Shown here: piece after piece, positions 63,493-64,000 of the stretch
How positions within the stretch are numbered: position 1 is the stretch's first letter
How the letters are laid out: every line of letters begins with the position of its first letter
DNA from: Octopus bimaculoides
Lineage: Eukaryota
DNA: 64,000 nucleotides
NCBI RefSeq assembly: GCF_001194135.2
Contig: NC_068998.1
Coordinates: forward strand, 50,941,288 to 51,005,287
Direction of reading: 5' to 3'
Made by a program: the position numbers and the translations under genes
The notes under the pieces: generated by a model
The model's database searches: none
The model's input: the letters and a program-made list of their open reading frames with translations, nothing else
What the model was told of the DNA's origin: nothing

Positions 63493-64000
63493 CGCTATTA
63501 GGTGTACATGTTTATATGTGTGCGTATATATAGAGATAGATAGATAGATAGATAATTATGTAACAATATCTGTCTATCTATCCCTATATTTTCCTATATA
63601 TGTATGTATCTGTCGATTTATACCATATTAATGTATGGTATATATGCCCACGCGCGTGTGATTGTGTGTACAACAAAGATAATATCTCTATGTCACGACA
63701 GGCAAAAGCAACTTGCATTTCAGGGTAAGAATCGCTCTGAAGTGACTCACAAACTTTAAGGCTTTTCACGCTCATTCAATTGAAATACTTGACTCAGCGT
63801 TTACTATCAGCCATTCAACTCTTTGTATGCGCGTGCAGGACACACAATTACATAATACATACTTACGTGCACACATACATACATATACACGCAAGCATAC
63901 ACATAATACATACAAACTCATGCGCTTATATATATATANNNNNNNNNNNNNNNNNNNNNNNNNNNNNNNNNNNNNNNNNNNNNNNNNTATTATATACAGG

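Noticed and set aside
63705-63730. tttcaggGTAAGA splice-like motif and two nearby TGACTCA sites
   Set aside because: No open frame or convincing acceptor; short motifs are expected by chance in 64 kb.

Overview
Eukaryotic, AT-rich, repeat-saturated DNA from a draft assembly. By hand count, about 7.6 kb is N in 23 gaps, and most gaps are flanked by (TA)n, (TG)n or (AG)n. The SINE families and extreme microsatellite load resemble an Octopus genome (inference from recalled repeat consensus, not a search). I recognise no intact host protein-coding gene, rRNA, tRNA or CRISPR array, and almost all ORF-track entries are translated microsatellites or N runs. The window contains dozens of copies of 4 SINE-like families (tRNA-type A/B-box heads on A-C), an unclassified dispersed repeat, decayed LINE fragments (CR1-clade, R4/Dong-like, two Tx1-like 3' ends), three Tc1/mariner transposase remnants, two TIR MITEs and many simple repeats. 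The best leads are structural: a 278-bp perfect inverted duplication embedded in a microsatellite, a fold-back mariner carrying an RFX X-box, an in-frame internally deleted mini-mariner, a 253-bp hairpin MITE, a SINE split by an unexplained 640-bp insert, head-to-head SINE pairs that could form ADAR substrates, and one candidate spliced exon. I found no convincing novel multi-gene system. Repeat boundaries are approximate (about +/-10-20 bp).
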